Shown here piece after piece: positions 17,607 to 27,705 of a DNA stretch of 64,000 nucleotides (its first letter is position 1; every line of letters begins with the position of its first letter). The notes under the pieces were generated by a model that ran no database searches, had not been told where the DNA came from, and saw only the letters and a list, made by a program, of their open reading frames with translations. The stretch lies in NCBI GenBank assembly GCA_965216255.1, contig OZ244148.1, positions 3,079,015 to 3,143,014 of the forward strand, given 5' to 3'. This DNA is from Rhodothermales bacterium. Its GTDB lineage: Bacteria > Bacteroidota > Rhodothermia > Rhodothermales > Bin80. The position numbers and the translations under genes are program-made.

Positions 17607-18953
17607 ATGGGTTACGAATGGCTTGCGCCACTAATGTTTGCGGCGGCACTCCTGTTCATCTTTTCCGGGTATCCGGTGGCCTTTTCGCTGGGCGGGGTAT
17701 CGATTGTTTTTGCCGCCATTGGGGTTTCCGTCGGGTACTTTGACTGGCGCCTCATGCTCGCCTTGCCTGACCGCCTCTTCGGCATCATGTCAAACTACGT
17801 GCTCCTGGCAGTGCCATTCTTCATTTTCATGGGCACAATGCTGGCAAAGAGCGGGCTGGCGGAAGATCTGCTTAAGACCATTGGGCTGGTCTTTGGGCCT
17901 GTCCGGGGCGGTCTTGCCCTTGCTGTTGTGTTCGTCGGTGCACTCCTGGCAGCGGCAACCGGCGTAGTGGGCGCCTCGGTGGTCGCCATGGGCATGATAT
18001 CGCTACCCGTGATGCTGCGCTACGGGTACTCAAAAGAGCTTGCAACTGGTATAATCACTGCAAGCGGCACCCTGGGTCAGATCATACCGCCGAGCGTCGT
18101 CCTTGTAGTGCTGGCCGACCAGTTAGGCATATCCGTTGGACACTTGTTCATCGGGGCCTTGGTGCCGGGCGCAATTTTAGCAGGGCTATACGCCGTTTAC
18201 GCGGCGGGAGTCGCGCTGCTGCGGCCCACGGCAGCACCGGCCCTGCCCTCTGCGGACCGGGATGTCGGCTCGGCAGAACTCGTGCGCCGCATTATTCTTG
18301 TAATGTTCCCGCCCCTGATTCTGATCATAGTGGTGCTCGGGAGCATCTTCGCCGGGATTGCCACCCCGACGGAATCTGGAGCGCTGGGGGCGGTAGGCGC
18401 CATACTGTTGGCAGCATTAAATCGGCGCCTTACCCGTCAGGCCCTGCGCAAAACCATGGAGGAGACGGCGAAGCTTACCACCATGGTTCTGCTTCTTTTG
18501 GTTGGTTCCACGGCCTTTGCCCTTGTATTCCGTGGGCTTGACGGAGGCTTTTGGATAGAGGACATGCTCACCAACCTACCGGGTGGCGTCATTGGGTTTC
18601 TGATTGTCGCCAATCTTTCCATATTTGTACTGGGCTTCTTTATCGACTTCTTCGAAATAGCGTTTATCATTGTCCCGCTACTCATAGCGCCGGCGGCCCA
18701 ACTCCTTGCCCCAATGCTAGGCGTGCCGGCAGCCGTTGCACTCGTTTGGTTCGGGGTCATGGTGGGAATGAACCTACAGACCTCTTTTCTTACACCCCCA
18801 TTCGGCTTCGCCCTATTCTATCTGCGTGGCGTGGCACCCGAAGGTGTGAGGACAATGCATATTTATCGGGGAGTTGTGCCATTCATCGGGATCCAACTCC
18901 TGGGTCTGCTCTTGCTCATCCTGTTTCCAGAGCTGGTGCTATGGGCACTCTGA
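17607..18953 (+). CDS. TRAP transporter large permease (FcbT3/DctM type)
   Basis: A 448-aa polytopic membrane protein with DctM-like sequence throughout. Confidence 0.85.
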   Translation: MGYEWLAPLMFAAALLFIFSGYPVAFSLGGVSIVFAAIGVSVGYFDWRLMLALPDRLFGIMSNYVLLAVPFFIFMGTMLAKSGLAEDLLKTIGLVFGPVRGGLALAVVFVGALLAAATGVVGASVVAMGMISLPVMLRYGYSKELATGIITASGTLGQIIPPSVVLVVLADQLGISVGHLFIGALVPGAILAGLYAVYAAGVALLRPTAAPALPSADRDVGSAELVRRIILVMFPPLILIIVVLGSIFAGIATPTESGALGAVGAILLAALNRRLTRQALRKTMEETAKLTTMVLLLLVGSTAFALVFRGLDGGFWIEDMLTNLPGGVIGFLIVANLSIFVLGFFIDFFEIAFIIVPLLIAPAAQLLAPMLGVPAAVALVWFGVMVGMNLQTSFLTPPFGFALFYLRGVAPEGVRTMHIYRGVVPFIGIQLLGLLLLILFPELVLWAL

Positions 18954-18966
18954 TGCTCGTAGCACC

Positions 18967-20082
18967 CTATGAAAGGGAGCCCGCAGCACTGAAAGCGAAG
19001 GCGGCGTAACTCTGCTCGGCCGTAGCGAACCAGCGATTTGAGCGGCGGCGCCAATCCATGTAGTCTTCCATGATGGCTGCGTATGCGGCGTCGGAAGCTG
19101 GCTCCCGGACGAGTTCAGCGGAGATTCTGGCTGCTGCGGCCATCAGGTCTTGCGGAAAGGCCTGAAATGTGGTTCCGCCCGCAATCAGTCTTTCGAATGC
19201 TGCCGGATTCAATGCGTCGTAGCGTGCCAGCATATTCAGATTCGCCTCCCTGGCCGCAACCTCCAGGGCCTGCTGATACATGCTCGGCAGCTCGTCCCAT
19301 GCCTGTCGATTTACAAAGAAAGAAAGGTTGGCACCCGGCTCCCACCACCCCGGGTAGTAATAGTAGCGGGCAACCTGAGCGAAACCAAGCTTCTCATCAT
19401 CGTACGGGCCGACCCATTCTGCCGCATCGATCGTGCCCCGGTCCAGTGCCGGGTATATTTCTCCACCGGGAATCTGCTGAACGGTCACGTCTAGCACTTC
19501 CATAACTCTTCCCCCCAGTCCCGGAATGCGCATTCTTAGGCCCTTCAAATCCGAGAGCGATCGTATTTCGCGCTTGAACCAGCCGCCCATCTGCACGCCT
19601 GTGTTACCGCCCGGGAAGTTGATGGTATTGAAATCGGCGAACAGGTTCCGCGTAAGACGCAGGCCGTTGCCGTGGTACATCCATGCATTGAATTGCCGCG
19701 CCGACAGGCCAAACGGTACCGTGCAGTCAAATGCGAACGCCGGGTTCTTGCCAAGATAGTAGTAACTTGCCGTATGGCCCATCTGCACCGTTGCCTTCTG
19801 TACGGAATCCAGGACGGAGAAGGCAGGCACCAGTTCGCCGCCGGGGTAGACCTGGATAACAAACCTTTCGTCCGTGAGCTGGCTCACCCTGTTCGAAAGT
19901 ACTACCGCTGCGGCGTAAATGGTATCCAGGGATCGCGAAAAGCTGGAAGCGAGGCGCCACCTGATCCTGCGCCCTCCGGCTTGCACGGCCGGAGCATCCG
20001 TGGCGGTGCCTCCGCAGGCAGAAAATAATAGGCCTGCCGACGTTCCCGCAGCAGCCGACCGGAAAAAATCGCGGCGTTTCAT
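18967..20082 (-). CDS. TRAP transporter substrate-binding protein (FcbT1/DctP type) with Tat-like signal
   Basis: The N-terminus is MKRRDFFRSAAAG...CGG. The body resembles the periplasmic component of the mannitol/chloroaromatic-type TRAP system. It is convergent with the permease genes. Confidence 0.8.
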   Translation of the reverse strand: MKRRDFFRSAAAGTSAGLLFSACGGTATDAPAVQAGGRRIRWRLASSFSRSLDTIYAAAVVLSNRVSQLTDERFVIQVYPGGELVPAFSVLDSVQKATVQMGHTASYYYLGKNPAFAFDCTVPFGLSARQFNAWMYHGNGLRLTRNLFADFNTINFPGGNTGVQMGGWFKREIRSLSDLKGLRMRIPGLGGRVMEVLDVTVQQIPGGEIYPALDRGTIDAAEWVGPYDDEKLGFAQVARYYYYPGWWEPGANLSFFVNRQAWDELPSMYQQALEVAAREANLNMLARYDALNPAAFERLIAGGTTFQAFPQDLMAAAARISAELVREPASDAAYAAIMEDYMDWRRRSNRWFATAEQSYAAFAFSAAGSLS

Positions 20083-20122
20083 GAATAAGCCTGGCGTCTG
20101 GGATGATCCCGTGCCTTCGGAC

Positions 20123-20842
20123 CTACCCCTTGGGTCTTAGCGGTCGCATGACGACTTCGGAGATCAGGTAGTTGTCGGGTCCTTCGAGGACATGGACTAG
20201 GGTTGCGGCAATGTCCTGGGGTTGCATCGGGAATGGAGCCCCTGTTGAGCTGGCCCTATTTCCAAAATCCGTGGCAACCGATCCCGGACAGATACTCGTC
20301 ACTTTGATGCCAAAACCGCGGACTTCTTTCATTAGTGCTTCGCTAAAGCCCCGAAGCCCGAATTTCGTGGCGTTGTAGGCGCTGAGGTTTGGATTACCGA
20401 CAAGCCCGGCGATGGATGCTATGTTGACAATATGGCCGCCGAAGCCGTGCCGGGTATTCTGGGCCTTCATGATCGGAACGGCCAAACGTGTACAGTGGAA
20501 AACTCCGGTGAGGTTGGTATTAATCTGCGCCGCCCAATCTTGCACCGGAAGTGTATCAATAGTTCCAAATAGGCCGAGTCCTGCGTTGTTTGCGAGAATG
20601 TCAAGCCGGGCTCCATTGCGCATCACAGCACCAAAGGCTGCATGCACGTCCTCTTCGCTCGTTACGTCACATGCTACGGGTACAAATGCATTGCCAAATT
20701 CGTCCTTTGCTTGGTCAAGTCTATCCAAGCTGCGTGCAAGTCCATATACCTGCGCATTGCGTCCCACCAATGCCCGCGCGATAGCAAGGCCAATGCCTTT
20801 GCTCGCGCCAGTTACGACGGCTACCTTTCCATTCAAGTTCAT
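20123..20842 (-). CDS. Short-chain dehydrogenase/reductase
   Basis: TGASKGIG cofactor motif, NNAG, and a catalytic YxxxK (YNATK). The start is placed at MNLNGK. Confidence 0.85.
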   Translation of the reverse strand: MNLNGKVAVVTGASKGIGLAIARALVGRNAQVYGLARSLDRLDQAKDEFGNAFVPVACDVTSEEDVHAAFGAVMRNGARLDILANNAGLGLFGTIDTLPVQDWAAQINTNLTGVFHCTRLAVPIMKAQNTRHGFGGHIVNIASIAGLVGNPNLSAYNATKFGLRGFSEALMKEVRGFGIKVTSICPGSVATDFGNRASSTGAPFPMQPQDIAATLVHVLEGPDNYLISEVVMRPLRPKG

Positions 20843-21104
20843 GCCTGTCTCACTGCGTGCAAAAGACACAGTATACCGCTAATTGGTGGTACTGTTTTGT
20901 CCAGCTTCCGGTATCACAAGGACATTAATCGCTTCGAGGCCGCCGGCTTCCGCCCCTGCTGCGTGCGTATATTCTTGCAGGCCGATGCCCGCGCAACCCG
21001 AAACACCATGTCCACCATGGGGGCGGGTCGAATTGGGCGCTTCTTGATACAGTTGTGCCGCGAGCCGAGACGGCCTCGCTGAGGTTGAATCAGATCCATA
21101 GCCC

Positions 21105-22301
21105 GTGCAATCCCTGCAGCAACACTTTTCCCGTCATATTGCCTGGACTAGCGATGCTCCGCTGGGACTTGTTGTCAAGAGGGCTCGGGGGGCGTTTATC
21201 GAACTCGAAGACGGCCGCCGAATTATCGATCTTGTAAGCGGTATCGCCGTTTCCTCGCTTGGTCACGGACATCCGCGCGTAATTGAAGCCGTGCGCGCGC
21301 AACTCGATTGCCATCTGCACGTGATGGTCTACGGGGAGTTTGTCCTGCGCCCGCAGGTTGAGTACGCCCAGCTTCTCTGCGCCCAACTGCCTGCATCGCT
21401 GCAGACGGTGTACTTCACCATGACCGGCACCGAGGCCAACGAAGGTGCACTCAAACTGGCCAAGAAGTTTACCGGTCGCAGGAAGCTTGTAGCGTTTCAC
21501 AACTCCTACCACGGAGACACGCACGGTGCTCTCAGCGTGACTGGCCGGAGCGTGTACAGGGAGCCGTTTCTGCCGCTCTTGCCCAATGTAGAATTTCTGC
21601 CGTTTAATGACGACGGCGCTCTTTCTCTGATTGACGCCAGTACGGCGTGTGTTATTACAGAGCCCATTCAGGGAGAAGGAGGCATGCACGTGCCGTCGGA
21701 TGCATGGATGCATGCGCTTAGACAGCGGTGCACGCATGTGGGAGCGTTGCTCATATTCGATGAGATACAGACGGGATTTGGGCGGACGGGGACCCTGTTT
21801 GCGTTCGAGCGCTTTGGAGTAATTCCGGATATCCTGACGCTGGCCAAAGCCATGGCCGGTGGCATGCCGCTAGGTGCCTTCGTCTCAAGTCCGGAAATCC
21901 TCGATGTGCTGCGCCGCGATCCACCGCTGAGCCACGTGACAACGTTCGGCGGGCATCCGGTGTCTTGCGCTGCCGCCCACGCGACGCTAGAGGTGCTGCT
22001 TGATGAGGACCTCTCCTTGCGGGCCGGAACGATTGAAAGCCGCATGCGGCAAAAACTCCGTCATCCGCTTATTTCTGATTTGCGTGGCCGAGGAGCGATG
22101 CTCGGCATGGAACTGCCCGATGCTACCCGTACGCAGCAGGTGGTTCGGCGCTGCCTGGACCGTGGCTTGCTGCTTGGATGGACGCTACATGCCGGAAACC
22201 TCGTACGTCTGGCGCCGCCACTCAACATTACCGAGGAAGTACTCGACGAGGCGCTAGATTTGCTGGTTGCATCGCTCGACGAGGTGGCAGCGAGGCCGTG
22301 A
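21105..22301 (+). CDS. Class-III (acetylornithine/GABA-type) PLP aminotransferase
   Basis: Motifs include HGHPRV, NSYHG, IFDEIQTGFGRTG and a TLAK Lys site. The start codon is GTG. Confidence 0.85.
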   Translation: MQSLQQHFSRHIAWTSDAPLGLVVKRARGAFIELEDGRRIIDLVSGIAVSSLGHGHPRVIEAVRAQLDCHLHVMVYGEFVLRPQVEYAQLLCAQLPASLQTVYFTMTGTEANEGALKLAKKFTGRRKLVAFHNSYHGDTHGALSVTGRSVYREPFLPLLPNVEFLPFNDDGALSLIDASTACVITEPIQGEGGMHVPSDAWMHALRQRCTHVGALLIFDEIQTGFGRTGTLFAFERFGVIPDILTLAKAMAGGMPLGAFVSSPEILDVLRRDPPLSHVTTFGGHPVSCAAAHATLEVLLDEDLSLRAGTIESRMRQKLRHPLISDLRGRGAMLGMELPDATRTQQVVRRCLDRGLLLGWTLHAGNLVRLAPPLNITEEVLDEALDLLVASLDEVAARP

Positions 22302-22702
22302 AGCGAGGCGATCAGAGCTCCAAGACGCCGCAATTGCGTGCTTTCTGCAGGTGAGGCTAGGAGTGCCGTTCACCCGGATGGTTGTGTAGACTAATGGCGA
22401 TGTGCTAGCAGTAGCTATTTGCCGCTACGCCGCTTGGTCCACCCTCGCTTACCCGTCTGATGCGTGTTGGTTTGTTCTTCGGGTGCCCGGCTTTTTCCTC
22501 CATGTGTCCGACGGTCTACGGCTAATACGCATAGATGCACGGAAGGGGCGGAGTGTCCGGTTGTTTAGGTGCATTCCACGGGTAATGAAGACCAAAGACT
22601 ATTCTTGGCCCATGCAGGGCTTCGAAAGTCCCGTGCCGTAGCACAGGATTTGGTCTCGATATATCTCACCATGGAGGCTCCCATGAATAATGGACAGCAC
22701 AA

Positions 22703-23490
22703 TTACTGTGCGATGCCCACTTCGTATCCCAATGTGGTCAGACTCCGTCGGTCAATGCCTCGCCACATGATCTGGAAGCCGGCAGGGCCATCCCGGCTGC
22801 GGTTCTGGTAGCCGCCCAGCACGGCCACCAGCAGGATAGCCTCCTGCAGCGTCCGGGGCCGTGGCAGCCGCACCCGCACCCGGGCGGCGTAGCCAGACAA
22901 AAAGCGCAGCTCCATCTCCGTAAAAAAGACCTCCGCGTCCAACTCCGGCACCGTACGCCCCAGCAGCGTCAACACCATGATGCGCCAGGCAATCACGCAG
23001 TAGATCGCTACTGCCTGCTCCAGACGCAGCGCCATGCTCTCCACCTTGCAGCCACTCTTCAGTACCCGGAAGAAGTCCTCGATGCGCCACCTTTTGGTAT
23101 AGGTGTCCAGCATCTGTACGGCGTCTGCTGCCGTGTGCAGCTCCATGCTCGTAAGCAGATACCACTCCACGGGCTTCTGGCCCGGCGGCGGAGCCGTCTC
23201 GCGGACATGGACCCCTATATGGTCACCGGATCCATATCCGTTTGGGTAGCCCGTAGCTCCAGACGCTGCAAACGGACCTCGGCATGCGCCATGCGGTAGC
23301 TGCGCCCCACGCGCGCTTTCTTGCGAGACGACTTCGGGCGCGCTGTCACGCTCTGGATCTCTATCTGCAGAGCGCAGTCCACAGGAGCGCTGCGAAGCGT
23401 CGCATACAACTTCCGGCCCTTGGCCAAGACTCGATCCTGGCGCACACGCACCAGCATCTCGACCTGGCCCTGCCTGCGCTGCGCGTCTAT
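22703..23490 (-). pseudogene. 3' half of a second Tn5-like (IS4 family) transposase, frameshifted and 5'-truncated
   Basis: The C-terminal frame reads VEWYLLTS...YTKRWRIEDFFRVLKSG...LGGYQNRSRDGPAGFQIMWRGI. Upstream homology (VEMLVRVRQDRVLAKG...) lies in another frame (ORF 23215-23514). Confidence 0.8.
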
Positions 23491-23495
23491 CTTGT

Positions 23496-23633
23496 TCCGG
23501 GTGAGGGATCGCAATACAGATGCTGCAGACCACGCAGCACGGCGGGGACATCATCCCTTGACTTGGATTTGAACTGGATCTGGTCGATGGGTACTTGCCC
23601 GAGTTCAAACTGTGATTTGCGAACTGCGCGCAT
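23496..23633 (-). pseudogene. 46-codon N-terminal fragment of an unrelated transposase (possibly ISNCY-like)
   Basis: The frame reads MRAVRKSQFELGQVPIDQIQFKSKSRDDVPAVLRGLQHLYCDPSPG and is joined directly to the Tn5-like remnant. The RDD-x-P/S-x-xL-x-GL motif is shared with the remnant at 34950-35342. The family name is from memory. Confidence 0.35.
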
Positions 23634-23721
23634 GGCGAAGAAGCGTCGAATGTTGGGGTGAAAGCGGTCAAACCGGGGTGATCACGGCCATAATTTCGGA
23701 AAAAGGCAAGACATTTGCAGG

Positions 23722-25123
23722 GCCCATTTAACAACGAAGTGCAACACTTGATTTGGATGACAGCGCGCTAGCAAGCGCGTATTCATCACGCTGATTACAT
23801 GTGAGCGAGATGATGCCGGTACGCTCCGTTAAGACATCATTGGAGGGTATCAAATGGCGACGGGCTATCATCATCTTTCCTATGAGGAAAGGTGCCAGAT
23901 TCACGCATTGAGGAAGCGAGCTGATTCGCTGCGCGAGATTGCGCGACAGTTGGGTCGCTCGCCATCGACGATCAGCCGGGAGTTGCATCGCAACAGCGGA
24001 GGTAGGGGCTACCGGTATCAACAGGCTACCCGCTTGGCCAGCGGGCGGCGGAGGAAGGCATCGTTGCGTCCACGGAAGATGACTGAAGCGATGTGGTCTC
24101 TTGTGCGTGAGAAGCTCGCCCTGCACTGGAGTCCAGAGCAGGTCTCGGGTCGACTTCGTCGTGATGGTGTCGTTTCGGTAAGCACCACATGGATTTACAG
24201 GCATAGCTGGGCGGACCGAGCGGCTGGCGGATCGTTGTACAAGCTGCTGCGTCGCCGTGGTAAGCGGTACAACAGGCGTAACAAGAGCAGTGCTGGGCGC
24301 GGCCTGATACCGCACCGTGTAGACATCAGCGAACGTGATCCCATTGTAGAGCAGAAGACGCGGATAGGCGACTGGGAGGTTGATACGATCATCGGGGCGA
24401 AACAACAGGGAGCACTGGTATCCATGGTCGATCGCGCCTCGAAATTCACGTTTCTTGAGCACGTTGCGTCAAAGGTTGCGATCGGGGTCCGCCATGCGAT
24501 CATAGGTTGTCTCAGTCCGGTAAAGGACCGGGTACTTACTATCACGGCGGACAATGGCAAGGAGTTCGCTCATCATCGGCAGATCGCCAGCGCGCTTTCC
24601 GCATCGTTTTACTTTGCGAGGCCATACCACTCCTGGGAGCGTGGTCTGAACGAGCACACCAACGGCCTGGTGCGAGAGTACTTCCCGAAGGCAACCGACT
24701 TTCACACGGTTGAACCGGCAGCGGTGAGGCGGGTGCAAGCGCAATTGAACAACCGTCCGCGCCGATGCTTGGCCTACCGCACGCCGGCGGAGGTTTTCCT
24801 TCCTGCACTAGAGGGCGTGGCAGCCTCCGCGTCCATGGTCTGAGTCGGGTCGTCGCCAGAAAGACCCATAGACCATTGTACCATGTTCGGGTGACATCAT
24901 GCGTGCCTACACGCAGGGGAAGAGCCATGCTCGCCCGTCGGCATTGGCTGCCTCAAAGGTCAAGGAGCGCGAATTTCTTCGGCCAGCAAGCAGCTTCTTC
25001 TCCGGTCGGGCTCCGCCCTCCCTCCGAAGAAGCTCGTTTTCCGCGTTGCCTGTGCTATCTTCTGTCTCTACTCAGGGGCATACTACCTTGTCTACAGTTG
25101 TTGCACTTCGGACTTTAATTGGC
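23722..25123 (+). mobile_element. IS30-family insertion sequence, apparently intact; ends approximate
   Basis: Imperfect terminal inverted repeats have a perfect 12-bp core CGAAGTGCAACA (left about 23722-23750, right about 25095-25123). They enclose an uninterrupted 329-codon transposase. Confidence 0.65.
23854..24843 (+). CDS. IS30-family transposase
   Basis: The N-terminal HTH reads LSYEERCQIHALRKRADSLREIARQLGRSPSTISRELHRN. The DDE core reads GDWEVDTI, ITADNGKEF and WERGLNEHTNGLVREYFPK. Confidence 0.9.
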   Translation: MATGYHHLSYEERCQIHALRKRADSLREIARQLGRSPSTISRELHRNSGGRGYRYQQATRLASGRRRKASLRPRKMTEAMWSLVREKLALHWSPEQVSGRLRRDGVVSVSTTWIYRHSWADRAAGGSLYKLLRRRGKRYNRRNKSSAGRGLIPHRVDISERDPIVEQKTRIGDWEVDTIIGAKQQGALVSMVDRASKFTFLEHVASKVAIGVRHAIIGCLSPVKDRVLTITADNGKEFAHHRQIASALSASFYFARPYHSWERGLNEHTNGLVREYFPKATDFHTVEPAAVRRVQAQLNNRPRRCLAYRTPAEVFLPALEGVAASASMV

Positions 25124-25124
25124 G

Positions 25125-25687
25125 GGTCTTGCTGAAGGGCGGGTCATTCTCGTAGTTGTAGAGAATGACTTCCCATGCCAGGTGGAAGGCATACGTGTCG
25201 CCCACCTCTTCGGGCACGATGACGAGCTCGTCCTTTACGTCTGCCTGCAGATTGGGGGCGATGGTGTTCCCCCGGGCAGCGGCAATGGTGGCGGAGCTGC
25301 CCAGGCTGGGTGAAGCATCCACCTCCAGCTTCGGAAACCCCGTCGCCCCGGCGGCAATGAGCGCTCCGCCGCGCGTGACAGTTAGGCCAATTTCGGCACC
25401 CAGGACGCGGTAGCCGCCGTGCAGCTGCGGGTAACTGACGAACCACCACTCGCTATCACCCGTAATGCGCGGCGCGCCCAACTGCTTCGGATCCAGGCCA
25501 AACACATTCTTGTGAGCCTCCACAAAGGCGTCCGCCGCCGTGTGCACAGAGGCTTCCGATAACAGATACAGGGATGCGCCCAGCGTAAAGTCCAGGGAAT
25601 CCGGGTCGATGATCCAGCTGGGCACGCCGGTTATTTCATTGACGTAGGCGGCGAACTGCTTGCCGCCGTGCTCCAGGAGCTGCGGGT
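25125..25687 (-). pseudogene. Duplicated fragment of the M36-like protease gene (propeptide region only)
   Basis: It aligns with 29665-30227 at a constant offset of 4540 with 6 mismatches by manual comparison. It lacks the signal peptide and the catalytic domain. One end abuts the IS30-family element. Confidence 0.9.
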
Positions 25688-25910
25688 CTCCGCTCATGAT
25701 GGCCCGCCGGCAGGCCCAGCAAGGTAGCGGCCGCAACGCTTCAATGACTCTGGGGTCTTCCGCATCCACGAATAAGCCACTTGCCTGCGAATCTCCTCTC
25801 CACAGATCAGATGTACTTCACCGGACGGATACACAAGCTGCGCCATTGTCCAGGACCTGGATGCAGTACTCGAGGCTCCCCGTAAAGGGCCACTTTCAGG
25901 ACGACACCCT

Positions 25911-27695
25911 TTATCTGACCAGCAGCGTACTGCCGACACGTGTCTGGCCAAGCGCCGTCAGGCGGTAGTAGTACAATCCCGAAGGATGTGTCGTGCCGTC
26001 AAAACGCACCAGGTGCTCGCCCCCGGAAAAGTGGCGGCCCCCTAGCTCGTCCACCATGCGCCCGGTGATATCGTATACGCGTATCCGCACCGCGGCCGGT
26101 AACGGAAGTCTGAAACCAATGTCCGTACCGTCCGCAAACGGATTGGGGTAATTCGGATGCAGTATCACGGCTTCCGGATCAGCAGCGTCCACCTGCTCTG
26201 TCACCCCCTCAATCAGTCCAGACGAGCCGTAATTGGCGATGAAGGCGTCGATATAGCCCTCTGCATAGAGCGTATCCGTGCCCAGGCTGGCACTCCCTCC
26301 AAAATGGCCACCTACCAACAACTCCCCCGATACATTCACGGCAATGGCAGTCACCTCCTGATGGCCGGATCCAGACACATGCACGACCCTGACTAAATTG
26401 CCCCCGAGATCGTATTCCGCAACGAAGCCGTCACTGAAATTGTCAGGAGAAAACAACTCAAAGTCATCCGTCAAAAGAGGCGCATTCTCAAATGTGCCGG
26501 CAATGTATACCCTGCCGGTCCGGTGTATGGCAAAGTCACTAATCCTTACCCCCCAATATCTGCCGCCCTGGAACAATGGCTGTCTTGACAAGAAGGCCCC
26601 GTCAAGCGCAAACCTGGCCATCTCCACGCGTGATGCTCCGCCTCCGAGCACATTTCGAAGCAATACCAGTGTGCGCGGATTGCCCAGCAAATCTTCAGTT
26701 ACCCGCAGGAACATGGGGCTTCTCGCGGGCGCGTAATTAGCAAGAGGAAGCACCCACCGTGTGTCACCGCCGCTATTGAGAGACACCAGCACATTCTCAT
26801 CCTTCCCAAGTGTCACCGTATCCGTTCCTGCTACTACAAACTGTGCTCCGGCACGGAAGGATCCGTGAAGGTACACGTTGCCATTGGCATCCACGTCGAA
26901 AGCCGCCTTTACCAATCCACCCCAACCTAAGTAGCCATGTCCACCAACTACGCGGGCCCAGACCAAATTCCCGGCCACCGTATACTTGGCCACAAACACA
27001 TTCGAATCATAGCGTCGACGGGGAGGAAGAGCCTGAGACCCCGCAAAAAGTGTGTCGCTGAATACACCCGTTACATACACGTTGCCGACGGCGTCCACAT
27101 CTAGTCCCTGAATATAACCGGGCCAGATTGAGTGCTGGGAGTTCTTAGGGGAGCCGATCGTTCTTGACCAAACCAGATCACCGTCAGGATCAGACTGGGC
27201 CAGCGACACGCCACCGGAACTGAACCGAACGCCATCTTCCAAGAAAGGTAATCCCGTGACACCTATGGGACCCTCGTAACCGGCGACAACGGCCGTACCG
27301 ATTATGAGCTCCCGACTCTCAGTCGGGAACGCATCCGCGTGTACTGCGCGAAGCCAATCTGCATTCCCATGCCCATTGATGCGAGCAATGTATCCCATGT
27401 ACGGATACCGATCCAAGGCCACACCATAGTCAGATGAGGTGCCACGAATCACAATGGAATCAGCAGCCCCCCCTAAAGCAAACCCTACAGCATAGATGTT
27501 TCCTTGGTCCTCTACATCCAAATCAACCAACCTGAATGAAGCGAATGATGACAACCTTACTGACCATACCTGTGCCTCGGCATCCTGCCTGGCGAACACG
27601 ATACAACCGACCAGCAGCGCGCCATGGAGTGCATAGCGGCCTAGCGACGATAGCACATTGCATGCACATGAATAACTACAGCTTACAGCGTGCAT
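25911..27695 (-). CDS. Secreted beta-propeller repeat protein with T9SS C-terminal sorting domain
   Basis: Repeated GNVYVTG / GNVYLHG / GRVYIAG units are SBBP-like. The C-terminal tail is PNYPNPFADGTDIGFRL...GLYYYRL. Confidence 0.8.
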   Translation of the reverse strand: MHAVSCSYSCACNVLSSLGRYALHGALLVGCIVFARQDAEAQVWSVRLSSFASFRLVDLDVEDQGNIYAVGFALGGAADSIVIRGTSSDYGVALDRYPYMGYIARINGHGNADWLRAVHADAFPTESRELIIGTAVVAGYEGPIGVTGLPFLEDGVRFSSGGVSLAQSDPDGDLVWSRTIGSPKNSQHSIWPGYIQGLDVDAVGNVYVTGVFSDTLFAGSQALPPRRRYDSNVFVAKYTVAGNLVWARVVGGHGYLGWGGLVKAAFDVDANGNVYLHGSFRAGAQFVVAGTDTVTLGKDENVLVSLNSGGDTRWVLPLANYAPARSPMFLRVTEDLLGNPRTLVLLRNVLGGGASRVEMARFALDGAFLSRQPLFQGGRYWGVRISDFAIHRTGRVYIAGTFENAPLLTDDFELFSPDNFSDGFVAEYDLGGNLVRVVHVSGSGHQEVTAIAVNVSGELLVGGHFGGSASLGTDTLYAEGYIDAFIANYGSSGLIEGVTEQVDAADPEAVILHPNYPNPFADGTDIGFRLPLPAAVRIRVYDITGRMVDELGGRHFSGGEHLVRFDGTTHPSGLYYYRLTALGQTRVGSTLLVR

Positions 27696-27705
27696 CGGCT
27701 CTCCG

